Shown: one piece after another, positions 18,473 through 28,511 of the stretch
Layout: each line of letters opens with the position of its first letter
Numbering within the stretch: position 1 is the first letter of the stretch
NCBI GenBank assembly: GCA_965216315.1
Contig: CBDCFN010000016.1
Span: forward strand, 1,376,001-1,440,000
Origin: a bacterium
GTDB taxonomy: Bacteria > UBA10199 > 2-02-FULL-50-16 > JAJFLM01
DNA: 64,000 bases
Direction of reading: 5' to 3'
Translations under genes and position numbers: made by a program
The notes under the pieces: generated by a model
What the model was told of the DNA's origin: nothing
Databases searched by the model: none
Seen by the model: the letters and a program-made list of their open reading frames with translations, nothing else

Positions 18473-20269
18473 TTAATCAACTTTTAATACCGCCAGGAAA
18501 GCCTCTTGAGGAATCTCAACATTGCCCACCTGCTTCATGCGTTTCTTACCCGCCTTCTGCTTTTCCAGTAGTTTGCGCTTGCGTGTAATGTCGCCGCCGT
18601 AGCATTTAGCCGTCACATTTTTACGTAAGGCTTTGACGTTTTCGCGCGCGATGATGCGTCCGCCTATCGCCGCCTGCAGCGCCACATCATACATCTGCCG
18701 GGGAATGACCTTGCGCAACTGCTCGACCAATTGGCGACCCCGACTCTCGGCCTTCTCACGATGGATAATCACGCTCAAGGCGTCAACGGGGTCCCCGTTC
18801 ACCAAGATGTTGAGGCGAACCAAATTAGCGGGACGCCACTCGCTGAGCTCATATTCAAAACTCGCGTAACCCTGAGAGATGGATTTAAGTCGATCGTAAA
18901 AGTCGAACATAATTTCCGCAAAAGGCATGTCATAGTCGAGCAAAACGCGATTCTGGGACGGGTAATGCATCCCCGTTTGAACGCCGCGCTCTTCCACGCA
19001 AAGTTGAATCAAACCACCCACCATTTCCGCGGGTGTATGAATGTGTGCCTTTACAAAAGGCTCCTCCGTCCGCTGTATTTTTTGCGGATCCGGCCATTCC
19101 GCCGGGTTATCGATTTCCATCCAACTATCGTCCGTCAACTGAACCCGGTACTGGACAGTCGGCGCCGTCACGACCAAGTCCAATCCGTATTCCCGTTCGA
19201 GTCGTTCACGGATAATCTCCACATGCAAAAGGCCTAAGAAACCGCAGCGAAACCCAAAACCCAAGGCGTTAGATGTTTCGGGCTCATATACAAAAGAAGC
19301 ATCGTTGAGGCGGAGCTTTTCGAGAGCCGCTTTCAGCGATTCGTATTGTTCTGAATTCGTCGGATAGATCCCTGCAAAGACCATGGGTTGAACTTCGCGA
19401 AAACCTGGAAAGGCTTCTGCAGCGGGTCGTTCACTGTCCGTTACCGTGTCTCCCACGTGAATGGCACGAATATCTTTAATCGCCGCGGTTAAAAATCCGA
19501 CCTCCCCTGCCTTCAGCTCGGCTACTTCGGCAGGCCGGGGCTGGTGGATACCAAGGCTGAAAACATCATAGCTAACACCGGTTGCCATAAACTGAACATT
19601 CATTCCCTTCTTCAGGGTCCCATCCAGTACGCGCACCAACGCCACGGCGCCGAGATAATTATCAAACCAACTATCAAATATCAGCGCCCGCAAAGGCGCC
19701 TCATCATCCCCTTGCGGCGCCGGAATGCGGTTTACAATGGCCTCGAGCAACTCCTCAATTCCGGCGCCTGTCTTGGCACTTGTCAAAATGGCTTCATCCG
19801 CAGGGACACCCAAGACTTCTTCGATCTCGTGCCTGATTTCTTCGGGACGCGCGGAAGGAAGATCGATCTTATTAATGACCGGTATGATTTCAAGATCATT
19901 ATCGATGGCCAAGTAGGCGTTCGCGACCGTCTGTGCTTGAACCCCTTGCGCCGCATCAACAACCAGCAAAGCCCCTTCGCAGGCCCTGAGACTGCGTGAC
20001 ACTTCATAAGTAAAGTCGACATGGCCCGGTGTATCAATCAGGTTCATTGAATACACTTCGCCATCGTGCGCTTTAAAATTCATTCGAACGGCTTGTGCTT
20101 TGATGGTAATACCGCGTTCGCGTTCTAGCTCCATGGAATCAAGGATCTGATCCTTCATTTCCCGCGCTGTAATCGCACCGGTATGCTCGAGAATTCGATC
20201 GGCAAGTGTCGATTTGCCGTGATCGATATGGGCAATAATGCAGAAGTTTCGGGTCCGCTCTCTCATCAA
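18473..20269 (-). CDS. lepA: Elongation factor 4
   Basis: [39 protein letters not shown]. Confidence 0.98.
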   Translation of the reverse strand: MMRERTRNFCIIAHIDHGKSTLADRILEHTGAITAREMKDQILDSMELERERGITIKAQAVRMNFKAHDGEVYSMNLIDTPGHVDFTYEVSRSLRACEGALLVVDAAQGVQAQTVANAYLAIDNDLEIIPVINKIDLPSARPEEIRHEIEEVLGVPADEAILTSAKTGAGIEELLEAIVNRIPAPQGDDEAPLRALIFDSWFDNYLGAVALVRVLDGTLKKGMNVQFMATGVSYDVFSLGIHQPRPAEVAELKAGEVGFLTAAIKDIRAIHVGDTVTDSERPAAEAFPGFREVQPMVFAGIYPTNSEQYESLKAALEKLRLNDASFVYEPETSNALGFGFRCGFLGLLHVEIIRERLEREYGLDLVVTAPTVQYRVQLTDDSWMEIDNPAEWPDPQKIQRTEEPFVKAHIHTPAEMVGGLIQLCVEERGVQTGMHYPSQNRVLLDYDMPFAEIMFDFYDRLKSISQGYASFEYELSEWRPANLVRLNILVNGDPVDALSVIIHREKAESRGRQLVEQLRKVIPRQMYDVALQAAIGGRIIARENVKALRKNVTAKCYGGDITRKRKLLEKQKAGKKRMKQVGNVEIPQEAFLAVLKVD

Positions 20270-20508
20270 CGACGCTTCAGATCTGCGGCTCGCTTGAGAC
20301 CCTCCGGCTCCTCGGACACCAATTGCAATTCATCACGATAGAGATCTAGTTGGCCAGGGAGGTAGCGGCGATTTTGGTCCAGGATGATATCAATCCCTTG
20401 GCGAATATACTCGGCCACGGGAACTTTCGTGCGCGCATGGAGCGCTTTTAATTCCAGCTCCTGCTGTGGTGTAATATAAACCGTTGTGGGAATTTTTCGC
20501 CGTGCCAT
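20266..20508 (-). CDS. Ribbon-helix-helix DNA-binding protein, CdbA-like
   Basis: TTVYITPQQ...[14 protein letters not shown] resembles myxobacterial CdbA-type RHH proteins (from recollection). Confidence 0.75.
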   Translation of the reverse strand: MARRKIPTTVYITPQQELELKALHARTKVPVAEYIRQGIDIILDQNRRYLPGQLDLYRDELQLVSEEPEGLKRAADLKRR

Positions 20509-20517
20509 TAGAAAACC

Positions 20518-21108
20518 TTATGTATTTGAGCGCACGATGATTGCCGCCACCTTTTCCCGTTGGGAAAGTTGATCGAGAAACTTTCGTGCCCCTTCTCTCG
20601 TCTTGAAACTGCCAATTCGCACACGATACCAGGTACCGCTATTAGCCACCTCACCAATCGATAAAAAGGCATCATATCCCTTTGCCTGCCATTGATTGAC
20701 CTTCGCCGCGGCACCACCTGCCTGGCGATACGATCCTACTTGGATAGAGTAGCCTCGCCGACTTCGAGCTTTTTCAGGTTTTGCCGGAATAGCGGGTTTT
20801 GCCTTCGCCAATTGTTCAATCGTTGGCGTTACAGGCTCCGGCAACGTCTCTTTGCGCGTCAACTCTTTTGGAAACGTGTACTTTATCTCTGCATTTGTCG
20901 GCGTTCGCTCTAATTTCAGTTCTTCTTCGGTCGATGCTAGCGGATTCTTATCAACCGGTGCCTCACCACCAATCATGGCCGGTCCGTAACGTGCCCCCAA
21001 GTAGAACACAAAAAAAAGCGCTACAACCTCCAGCAGTGCGAGGCTGATAAACTGCCCAAATGTAAATCGACAAAAATAATCTTCGTCTTCTTCATGAAAT
21101 TCGTTCAT
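20518..21108 (-). CDS. SPOR-domain membrane protein (FtsN/DedD-like)
   Basis: N-terminal TM, P/K linker, YSIQVGSY..WYRVRIGSF; ATGA overlap with argS. Confidence 0.88.
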   Translation of the reverse strand: MNEFHEEDEDYFCRFTFGQFISLALLEVVALFFVFYLGARYGPAMIGGEAPVDKNPLASTEEELKLERTPTNAEIKYTFPKELTRKETLPEPVTPTIEQLAKAKPAIPAKPEKARSRRGYSIQVGSYRQAGGAAAKVNQWQAKGYDAFLSIGEVANSGTWYRVRIGSFKTREGARKFLDQLSQREKVAAIIVRSNT

Positions 21109-22871
21109 GGGGACTCAACCTCATCCTCTGGTAGGGATCTCATCTCATCCGGAGCCGATAAATTCAAGAGCTGCAGGCCATCGGCCAGCACTGATTTGAT
21201 GACGCGCAGAAGATACAATTTTGCCCGAGAGCTGTCAATATCCTCTGATATTACGCGATATTGCGCGTCTTCCCGGGCCTTGGCATAATAATTGTGAAAG
21301 CGGCGGGCCAAATCGAGCAAATAAAAAGCGATATGATGCGGCTCAAGCGTTCGTGCCGCTTTCTCAATGATTTCAGGGTATTCAAAAAGAAACTGTATCG
21401 TCTTCAACTCTTCCGGCAAACTCAAGCGGTCGAGAGCCAGGTCCACTGCATCAAGGAGTTCAATCCCTTGTGACATCGCTTTACGCTCGATACTGCAGAT
21501 TCGAGCATGGGCATACTGGATATAATAGATAGGATTCTCCGCATTCTGCTGCTTCGCTAATTCCAGGTCAAAGTCCAAGTGGGCGGAAGGAGCTCGCTGC
21601 AGCAGAAAAAAGCGCATCGCATCCGGACCCACCTCGTCGAGAACTTCACGAGCCGTCACGTAGTTGCCGGCCCGCTTACTCATTTTTACAGTCTCCGTAC
21701 CGCGACATACCCGAACATACTGATAAAGGACAACATCTAACGAGTGAGGATCATAGCCGAGCGCCTCAAGAGCCGCCTTAACCCGTGGCACGTGACCATG
21801 GTGGTTGGCTCCCCAAACATTAATCACCCGATCGAACCCATCCTTATATCGATTCGCGTGACAAACGATATCATCGGCAAAATAAGTCGGTTCCCCATCA
21901 CTTCGTCTGAGGACCGAATCACGTTCGTCAATCGAAGGGGCTTGCGTCGCCCCCTCCTGAAGCACAGCTCCAGGAGCCTCCCCCTCTCGCTCGCGTAGCT
22001 CGCTAGGAACAAACCACAAAGCTCCATCCTCTTCCTTTGTTACCCCCCGTTCAATTAGTTTTTGCATCACCTCATCGACTTCGTTGCGAATGTCGTGTTC
22101 ATAGATCCAACGATCAAAACTTGAGCCCATAGAGGTACAATCGTTTTGGATTTGCTCAAGAAGTCGACGCACACCCCAGGTCGCCAACTGATCCACCGCC
22201 GCAACTTCATCTTCCTCCAAATAATTGCGTTCCGGGTGTCCGGCGGCTTCTCGAGCCAGCTCCTTAACATATTCCCCGAAGTACCCCCCCTCCGGAAGCT
22301 CACTGGCGATTCCAGCCGCCTCCTTCATCCAATGAAGTATCGACTGGCCTAAACGATCAACCTGCCCGCCAATATCGTTAACATAATACTCGGTCTGCAC
22401 TTCATAGCCGCATTGAGCTAAAATTCGGGCCAAACTATCCCCAATAGGCCCTCCACGCGCATTGCCGACATGAAGCGGGCCGGTCGGATTAGCACTGACG
22501 TACTCAATAAGAACCTTTATACCGTTGCCGATTTGATGCTTAGCAAAATGCGGGTCTTCCAGTTCCGGCAACGTATTCTGCCAGGCTCCTTCCGCGAGGC
22601 GTATATTGATGAAGCCCGGGCCGGCAATTTCAGTCTGAGCAATCACACCCGCCTCATCTTGCAATTCATTACATATCATCTCCGCAAGTTGTCGCGGTTT
22701 CATTTTATAACGATTCCCCAGTACCAAGGCGAGATTCGAAGCAAAATCACCATGTTCTTTCTGCTTCGGTCGTTCAACAGTTGCCTCAAAATCCTGCAAC
22801 TCTCCCCACCCCGCTTTGTGCGCCGCATGATGAACTGTATCCGTCAGAATTTTAGCTATTCTTTGCTTCAT
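21105..22871 (-). CDS. argS: Arginine-tRNA ligase
   Basis: EYVSANPTGPLHVGNAR, KMSKRAG, NPIYYIQYAHARI; carries an ~21-aa insertion. Confidence 0.97.
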   Translation of the reverse strand: MKQRIAKILTDTVHHAAHKAGWGELQDFEATVERPKQKEHGDFASNLALVLGNRYKMKPRQLAEMICNELQDEAGVIAQTEIAGPGFINIRLAEGAWQNTLPELEDPHFAKHQIGNGIKVLIEYVSANPTGPLHVGNARGGPIGDSLARILAQCGYEVQTEYYVNDIGGQVDRLGQSILHWMKEAAGIASELPEGGYFGEYVKELAREAAGHPERNYLEEDEVAAVDQLATWGVRRLLEQIQNDCTSMGSSFDRWIYEHDIRNEVDEVMQKLIERGVTKEEDGALWFVPSELREREGEAPGAVLQEGATQAPSIDERDSVLRRSDGEPTYFADDIVCHANRYKDGFDRVINVWGANHHGHVPRVKAALEALGYDPHSLDVVLYQYVRVCRGTETVKMSKRAGNYVTAREVLDEVGPDAMRFFLLQRAPSAHLDFDLELAKQQNAENPIYYIQYAHARICSIERKAMSQGIELLDAVDLALDRLSLPEELKTIQFLFEYPEIIEKAARTLEPHHIAFYLLDLARRFHNYYAKAREDAQYRVISEDIDSSRAKLYLLRVIKSVLADGLQLLNLSAPDEMRSLPEDEVESP

Positions 22872-22878
22872 TTATTTT

Positions 22879-24261
22879 TTACGGGTTTCGTTTACCGGCT
22901 TCAGGATGCCTCGCCTTAATGGCAGGCCACAGTTTTTCTGAACCGACTATCAAAACCGACAGTTTATCAGGATGGAAATCTTCGCGTAACACGCGATTGA
23001 CATCATCGACTTCGACCTTCGATATCTTCTCTGCAAAATGCTTTAAATAATTACGTTGATAGCCCCAAAATTCAAAACGAGCCCAATCTTGAGCAATCGA
23101 GTACTTGGATTCATACTCGAACAGAAGAGATCTGATAATGGCCTTTTTGGCGTTATCGACTTCGTCGGCAGTCACACCCTTCTCTTGCAGTTCCTTGAGA
23201 ATGCGCTGCATTGATTGAGCGACATCAGCTTCTTGGCTTGCTTCCGTTTGGGCGATCATTGAAAAAATACCGGGCACGCGCTTAAAGCCATACTGACTCC
23301 ACACACTATAGGCTTGGCCTTGATTTGACCGAATCTCCGAACCCAAGCGGCTCGTCATCGCCCCGCTTCCCCCCAAGATAAAGTTCGCAACGAGCAAGGT
23401 AAACTTGTCCGGATCTGTCCGCTTCTTGCCTAGGTGTCCCAGGCGCAAAGCCACTTGAGAAGCTGTTTTCGGAATAAAAAGCGTCTGTACGGGTTCGGGG
23501 ACAATCTCTGGCCACTCAAGCCTACCGGGGGCCGTTTTTTTCCATTGCCCCAAACTCGCTTCAAGCTCTTGTAATATCGCGTCTGTCTTGAAATCACCGG
23601 CTACCGCCAAAATCATTCGCGCCGGAAAATACTGTTGCTCATAAAACTGTTTTACTTGCTCGATTTTTAGAGCCGCAATTCCTTCCTTAGTCGGCACGGC
23701 CGCCCAGGGCGATTCTTTCCCGTAGATGAGCCCAGGAAAATAAAGTGCCGCAATACCGGAGGGTTTTTCCTTCGAACGCCGCAACGCCACTTGTGCCTGT
23801 CTGCGGGCCACTTCAAAAGCGGAAGTATCAAAGCGTGGTTCACGCAATAAAGCTGACATGAGATTGAGCATCTCCCGCCGATCTTCAGCGAGAACACGCA
23901 AACTAGCGCTGGCAGACGCTCTGGAGGCGCCAAACTCAATCTTCGCCGTCGCCGCACTAATAAGTTGATCGACTTGTGCTGGATTGTGCCCGCGTGTTCC
24001 TCCCGTCCTCAATAACTCGGCCGTTATACCCGCAACTCCCCGCTCTCCCGGCTTTTCAAAAACTGAGCCGGGCGGATGAATCATCGAGAGGCGGAACGTT
24101 GGCAGGCTATGATCTTCAAGCACAAACACCCTCATACCATTACTCAACGTATGAAAACTGGGTTGAACATGCGTAAAGCTCGGGAGATCATTCGAGCTAC
24201 ATCCAGGCAATGAGCTCATCAAGAAACACAATAACAATGCAAGAATCGTACTACGGCTCAC
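22879..24261 (-). CDS. M16 peptidase family, non-catalytic subunit, lipoprotein
   Basis: LPGC lipobox; no HXXEH; SRLGSEIR...AYSV motif. Confidence 0.85.
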   Translation of the reverse strand: MSRSTILALLLCFLMSSLPGCSSNDLPSFTHVQPSFHTLSNGMRVFVLEDHSLPTFRLSMIHPPGSVFEKPGERGVAGITAELLRTGGTRGHNPAQVDQLISAATAKIEFGASRASASASLRVLAEDRREMLNLMSALLREPRFDTSAFEVARRQAQVALRRSKEKPSGIAALYFPGLIYGKESPWAAVPTKEGIAALKIEQVKQFYEQQYFPARMILAVAGDFKTDAILQELEASLGQWKKTAPGRLEWPEIVPEPVQTLFIPKTASQVALRLGHLGKKRTDPDKFTLLVANFILGGSGAMTSRLGSEIRSNQGQAYSVWSQYGFKRVPGIFSMIAQTEASQEADVAQSMQRILKELQEKGVTADEVDNAKKAIIRSLLFEYESKYSIAQDWARFEFWGYQRNYLKHFAEKISKVEVDDVNRVLREDFHPDKLSVLIVGSEKLWPAIKARHPEAGKRNP

Positions 24262-25771
24262 CGTCTACTCCTCCATGCAAAAAACCATAACAACGATTAC
24301 CCTCAGTAAAATATTTTTTTGCAACCCTTTGAATGTGTTCCGGTCCGATCGACTTCAAGTGATCACGATAGCGGACGAGATAACGCCAATCTCCTGTCAA
24401 GGCCTGAAAATAAGAGAGCTCGGACGCCAACGAATTATTCGTTTCGAGGCGCCAAACTTGATCATTAAGTAGCCGCTTTTGAGTGCGTTTCAATTCTTTT
24501 TCAGTGACCGGCTCCGTCTTGAGCTTGGCAAGTTCCACGCGAATCTCCTCTGCCAACCGATCCAAAGGAACGCCCGGACGTGGCACCGCGAAAATCATGA
24601 AAAGATTCGGTAGCCGTGAACCCGGAACTCCGGCATAGGCCGACACAGAAGTCGCCAACTTTTTCTCAATGACAAGTGCGCGATACAGGCGTGCGGCCCG
24701 ATCTTCAGTTAATAAGCTCGAAATAACATCAAAAATATAATCATCTTCCGCCGGCATCTGTGGTTTATGAAAAGCGACGGCAAAACGGGGTTGAGCCGGA
24801 CGGGTGATATCAACGCGACACCCGGCATTATTATAAGGTGGCGGCTGCGGTGACGGAAGAGCTGGAAGCTTTGGCGCCGATTCCGGCAGGCTCACCTGCC
24901 CAAAGGTGCGCTCCAATAACTTTTTGACTTTCTTAACGTCAAATTGTCCGACTATCGTCCCGGTCGCACGATCCGGACGGTAATATTTGCTAAAAAATTC
25001 CTCAGCATAGGTTCGTGTCAGCGTCAGCAGATCTTGATGATACCCTATCGTCGGCCGCCCATAACGACTGTCCGGAAAGGCCTCCGCAAGAATGGAGGTA
25101 TAGAAATTACCCGAGGGATCATCAACAACTCGCATACGCCTCTCTTCCAACACAACATCCCGTTCTCGATAGAACTCCCGAAAAACAGGTTGAAAGATGC
25201 GTTCCGCCTCCGTCTCAGCCCAAAACTCCAGCTCGGAGCTTGGCAAACTGACAAAATAACTCGTGAGATCCTGACTTGTCGTCGCATTTAGATTTAAGCC
25301 ACCTCGTTTTTGATATTCACGGGTGAGTTGCTCACGAATGGTCCACTGTTTGTGCTCATTATAGAGCTTATCGAGTTGCCCTTTGAGTTCAGCCAAAGTC
25401 TTCGGGTCGGCTTGTTGACCTTTAGCATACTCAGCGGAAATCTTTTGCCCAACGGTCTCAATCCGTGCGAGCACCTTCTTTTCTTCGTCCCAATTTTGGC
25501 TGCCCCACTTCTTCGTTCCTTTAAAGGCCATATGCTCAATCACATGGGCAACGCCCGTCTTGCCTTGGCTTTCATCTACCCCCCCGACAAGAACACGTAT
25601 ATAAGCACTGAAAATCGGAGTCTCACCATGAGGCACGAGCAAAAATGTCATCCCATTTTTCAAACGGAAGGTTTCGACCGTATCTTCGGAGAGAAATGTA
25701 TTCGCTCCCACGTCAAGCGGCAATAAGACGACAATCAATAAAACCGCTATTTTTTTCAATAAACGGATCAT
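24251..25771 (-). CDS. M16 zinc peptidase, catalytic subunit, exported
   Basis: Signal peptide; HVIEH (HXXEH), NATTSQDLT.Y, ERDVVLEERR. Confidence 0.9.
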   Translation of the reverse strand: MIRLLKKIAVLLIVVLLPLDVGANTFLSEDTVETFRLKNGMTFLLVPHGETPIFSAYIRVLVGGVDESQGKTGVAHVIEHMAFKGTKKWGSQNWDEEKKVLARIETVGQKISAEYAKGQQADPKTLAELKGQLDKLYNEHKQWTIREQLTREYQKRGGLNLNATTSQDLTSYFVSLPSSELEFWAETEAERIFQPVFREFYRERDVVLEERRMRVVDDPSGNFYTSILAEAFPDSRYGRPTIGYHQDLLTLTRTYAEEFFSKYYRPDRATGTIVGQFDVKKVKKLLERTFGQVSLPESAPKLPALPSPQPPPYNNAGCRVDITRPAQPRFAVAFHKPQMPAEDDYIFDVISSLLTEDRAARLYRALVIEKKLATSVSAYAGVPGSRLPNLFMIFAVPRPGVPLDRLAEEIRVELAKLKTEPVTEKELKRTQKRLLNDQVWRLETNNSLASELSYFQALTGDWRYLVRYRDHLKSIGPEHIQRVAKKYFTEGNRCYGFLHGGVDGEP

Positions 25772-25788
25772 TAAGCCAACATCCTCGA

Positions 25789-27390
25789 TTAGCGACATGA
25801 CATCCCCTTATTGGGGCCAAAACGAGCTATGCAGGTGACACTCTTTCCGGGCCGAATGTCAACTGTTCGCTGCAGTTGATCCCCGGTTGGAGGATACTTA
25901 ACCGTAATTCGCTGTCTCCCAACAGCAAGTTTCAACCCTGTCAACGGAGTCTCACGGCGCCCGCTACTCCCGGCATAGACATAGCCCCACGGAACCGCCT
26001 GAACGCTCAGTCGACCGTATGATAACGCCTCCGATTCACTCTTAACGGGCTTAGGTGTTACCAAGGGTTCCGGTCGCGCTGAAATCGCTTGATCACCCTT
26101 CACCTCTGGCTCTCCCACAGTAGGAAGAGTTTCTTCCACTTCCGGCGGAGTCCGTCGAGGCGGGGACTCTGCTTTTGGCAACAAACCCTGTTTGGATGGC
26201 GTATCCGCCGATGGCCACAACGCAACCAGGGAGAGCACCACAACAACGAGTAGAGCCGAAATCAACAAAGCCGGCCACTGCCGTTTGACGCGCGCACGCC
26301 AAGGGGAAGGATGATCTTGTTTCCAATCCCCAACGATAACGCGGGTCGAATCTTTTCGCGGCAAAACCGGGGGAACCGTCCGGGTTTCTTGTTCACTGAC
26401 TGGCGACTCAAATTTTTTGACCTGTTTGGCGAGGCGAGCGCGGTTTGATTTGCGGGCCTGAATGCGCTCTTGAAGCGCGTCGCTAAGAAAACCGGCCAGC
26501 TCCTGACGATCACAACTCAGTTGAAGCAACTGAATCAATTCTCTAAGCCTATCCCGCACTTCCGCTGCCGAGGAAGGCCGCTCCGCCGGCACCTGAGCTA
26601 ACAAGCTGACAATGAGTTTCCGCACCTCTTCCGGAAGCGCCAACAACGCGGACTGATCCTCAGGCAGCTTCGCCTCCCGCACCTTATCAAGGATGCCCAC
26701 ATCACTGTCGGCGGCAAAGAGACGCTGGCCGGTTGCAAGCTCATAAAAAACAATTCCCAGCGAAAAAAGGTCACTCCTTTGGTCTAAGCTCAACTGATTC
26801 GCCTGCTCCGGAGACATGTAGGAAAACTTTCCCTTGAAGGTCCCGGTCACCGTTTCTTGCTGACGGTCGGCCGCCTTGGCAATTCCAAAGTCGGTCACTT
26901 TGACCTGCCCTTCGTAAGAGACCAGTATGTTTTGAGGGCTTATATCCCGATGAATAATGTCGATAGAACGGCCGCTCTCATCCGTCAGCTCGTGCGCATA
27001 CGCCAAAGCCTGGGCAACCTCCTGCATGACGAATAAGACCAACGGCAGGGGCAATGGGGTCCCGGATAATCGGCAGGCCTTCTGCAACTCGCGCAGGTCG
27101 ACCCCTTCAACCAACTCCATCGCAATATAATAATGAGAGTTTTCGTTCCCGAGCTCGTACACCTGGACGATGTTGGGATGATTAAGGCGAACCGCTATCT
27201 TGGCCTCATCAATCAACATCGCCACGAAATTCGTCTTTTCCGACCAATGGGGCAGGATCTGCTTAATCGCCAGCGGTTTCTCAAAACCCTCCACCCCAAT
27301 AAGACGTGCCTCATAGATCTCGGCCATTCCGCCCGTAGCCAGCTTTTCGACCAATAAATAGCGCCCAAAACGGCGCGGGAGTGTCATCAC
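25789..27390 (-). CDS. Membrane Hanks-type Ser/Thr kinase with PEGA-like C-terminal domain
   Basis: LATGGMAEI, HRDISPQN, DFGIAK, YMSPEQ; one TM; AVPWGYVY. Confidence 0.92.
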   Translation of the reverse strand: MMTLPRRFGRYLLVEKLATGGMAEIYEARLIGVEGFEKPLAIKQILPHWSEKTNFVAMLIDEAKIAVRLNHPNIVQVYELGNENSHYYIAMELVEGVDLRELQKACRLSGTPLPLPLVLFVMQEVAQALAYAHELTDESGRSIDIIHRDISPQNILVSYEGQVKVTDFGIAKAADRQQETVTGTFKGKFSYMSPEQANQLSLDQRSDLFSLGIVFYELATGQRLFAADSDVGILDKVREAKLPEDQSALLALPEEVRKLIVSLLAQVPAERPSSAAEVRDRLRELIQLLQLSCDRQELAGFLSDALQERIQARKSNRARLAKQVKKFESPVSEQETRTVPPVLPRKDSTRVIVGDWKQDHPSPWRARVKRQWPALLISALLVVVVLSLVALWPSADTPSKQGLLPKAESPPRRTPPEVEETLPTVGEPEVKGDQAISARPEPLVTPKPVKSESEALSYGRLSVQAVPWGYVYAGSSGRRETPLTGLKLAVGRQRITVKYPPTGDQLQRTVDIRPGKSVTCIARFGPNKGMSCR

Positions 27391-27526
27391 CAACGTACGC
27401 TAACAGAGGCCTATGGTCATTTCAAGAACGCGACATCGACTGGCACCTCACCTCACTTTTTGATAGAATTTTCTTAACGCAGCGTAGAATGAGACGTTTT
27501 TGCTTAGAAATAATCCATAGATTTAG

Positions 27527-27955
27527 ATGACTTATCTGCGATTTCTTAGCTTTTTACTCGTTTTTTTAGGGGCCGCGTCCCTGGCCTCCGCGCAAGACTC
27601 CAGCCTCTGCCAGCGGGGATTTAGTTATTTTTCCGGCAAACAAGCCCTCTGCTCGAAGGCTATCCGGAAGACGGTCCCCGATGGGCCCCGCAATAAAGTC
27701 GATCTTGTCTGGGCCTGCCATAACCGCAATCCGGACAACCCCCCCGATCAAAGCGGCTGTGGAGCGGGTGGCCTGAAGATGCCTGGCGACATCCTTATAA
27801 GAGAGGGCGAGATCTTCCTTAATGACGAGGACACCAAAGTCGGTTCCAATGGGGCCCGCCTGCCCGATGGCCCCTACCATTGCTGTTTCACCCGAACGCC
27901 GCCTCCTAACGACCTCTTCCGCTCAAGCGCCATCGAACCCATAGTTATCGACTGA
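27527..27955 (+). CDS. Exported Cys-rich hypothetical protein
   Basis: Signal peptide ending ASA; six Cys. Confidence 0.7.
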   Translation: MTYLRFLSFLLVFLGAASLASAQDSSLCQRGFSYFSGKQALCSKAIRKTVPDGPRNKVDLVWACHNRNPDNPPDQSGCGAGGLKMPGDILIREGEIFLNDEDTKVGSNGARLPDGPYHCCFTRTPPPNDLFRSSAIEPIVID

Positions 27956-27997
27956 AGCCACTCTTATCCCCATTCTTTCCCTAAATTAAGTTTAATC

Positions 27998-28040
27998 TTG
28001 ACACAAAACATATAAAAGAATATAAATTATGTATAATTTA
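27998..28040 (+). promoter_or_regulatory. Promoter with overlapping palindromic operator
   Basis: TTGACA-17-TATAAA; TAAATTAT-gt-ATAATTTA at 28023-28040. Confidence 0.6.
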
Positions 28041-28144
28041 AGAGAATCAACAATATATTCATGTTAACTATACTATTATTCAACTTTATTGCGACTAGAT
28101 TGATTTTCTTTAGATAGTAATTCTGAGCCAAGGGGGAGGGTCTC

Positions 28145-28345
28145 ATGGGTTACCGGGATGTCTATTTGCGAGAGTTGTGTCTCGAGCTTGTCCAAGGAGA
28201 TGTGAGCGGAGAGCGTTTTAATGATCTGCTCGTCAAGACGGGAATTTTCCTAGACGAGAGTGAGTGGTCGATGACAAATCGACTCCTTGAGAAATGTGAG
28301 CAGACCGACCATTTGATGGAGCTCTCAACAGCTTCCATACACTGA
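28145..28345 (+). CDS. Small acidic hypothetical protein (66 aa)
   Basis: GGGGGAGGG SD; own promoter upstream. Confidence 0.6.
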   Translation: MGYRDVYLRELCLELVQGDVSGERFNDLLVKTGIFLDESEWSMTNRLLEKCEQTDHLMELSTASIH

Positions 28346-28511
28346 TGCTTTTTACGGTCTTTCAATTCGTGGTCTCGGCAATACGTGTGCCCGGGTTTGC
28401 GCACGCCCTGCTCCGCCTTTCAGTCGATCCGCTAAGACTTCGATCATTTTGATAAACTTTTTTCGTCCACTTTTGTCTTTAATTTAGCTATAGTAGACTC
28501 GTATTGATGAT

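Noticed and set aside
28346..28450. Riboswitch or ncRNA after the 66-aa ORF
   Set aside because: Only short imperfect hairpins; no recognisable family
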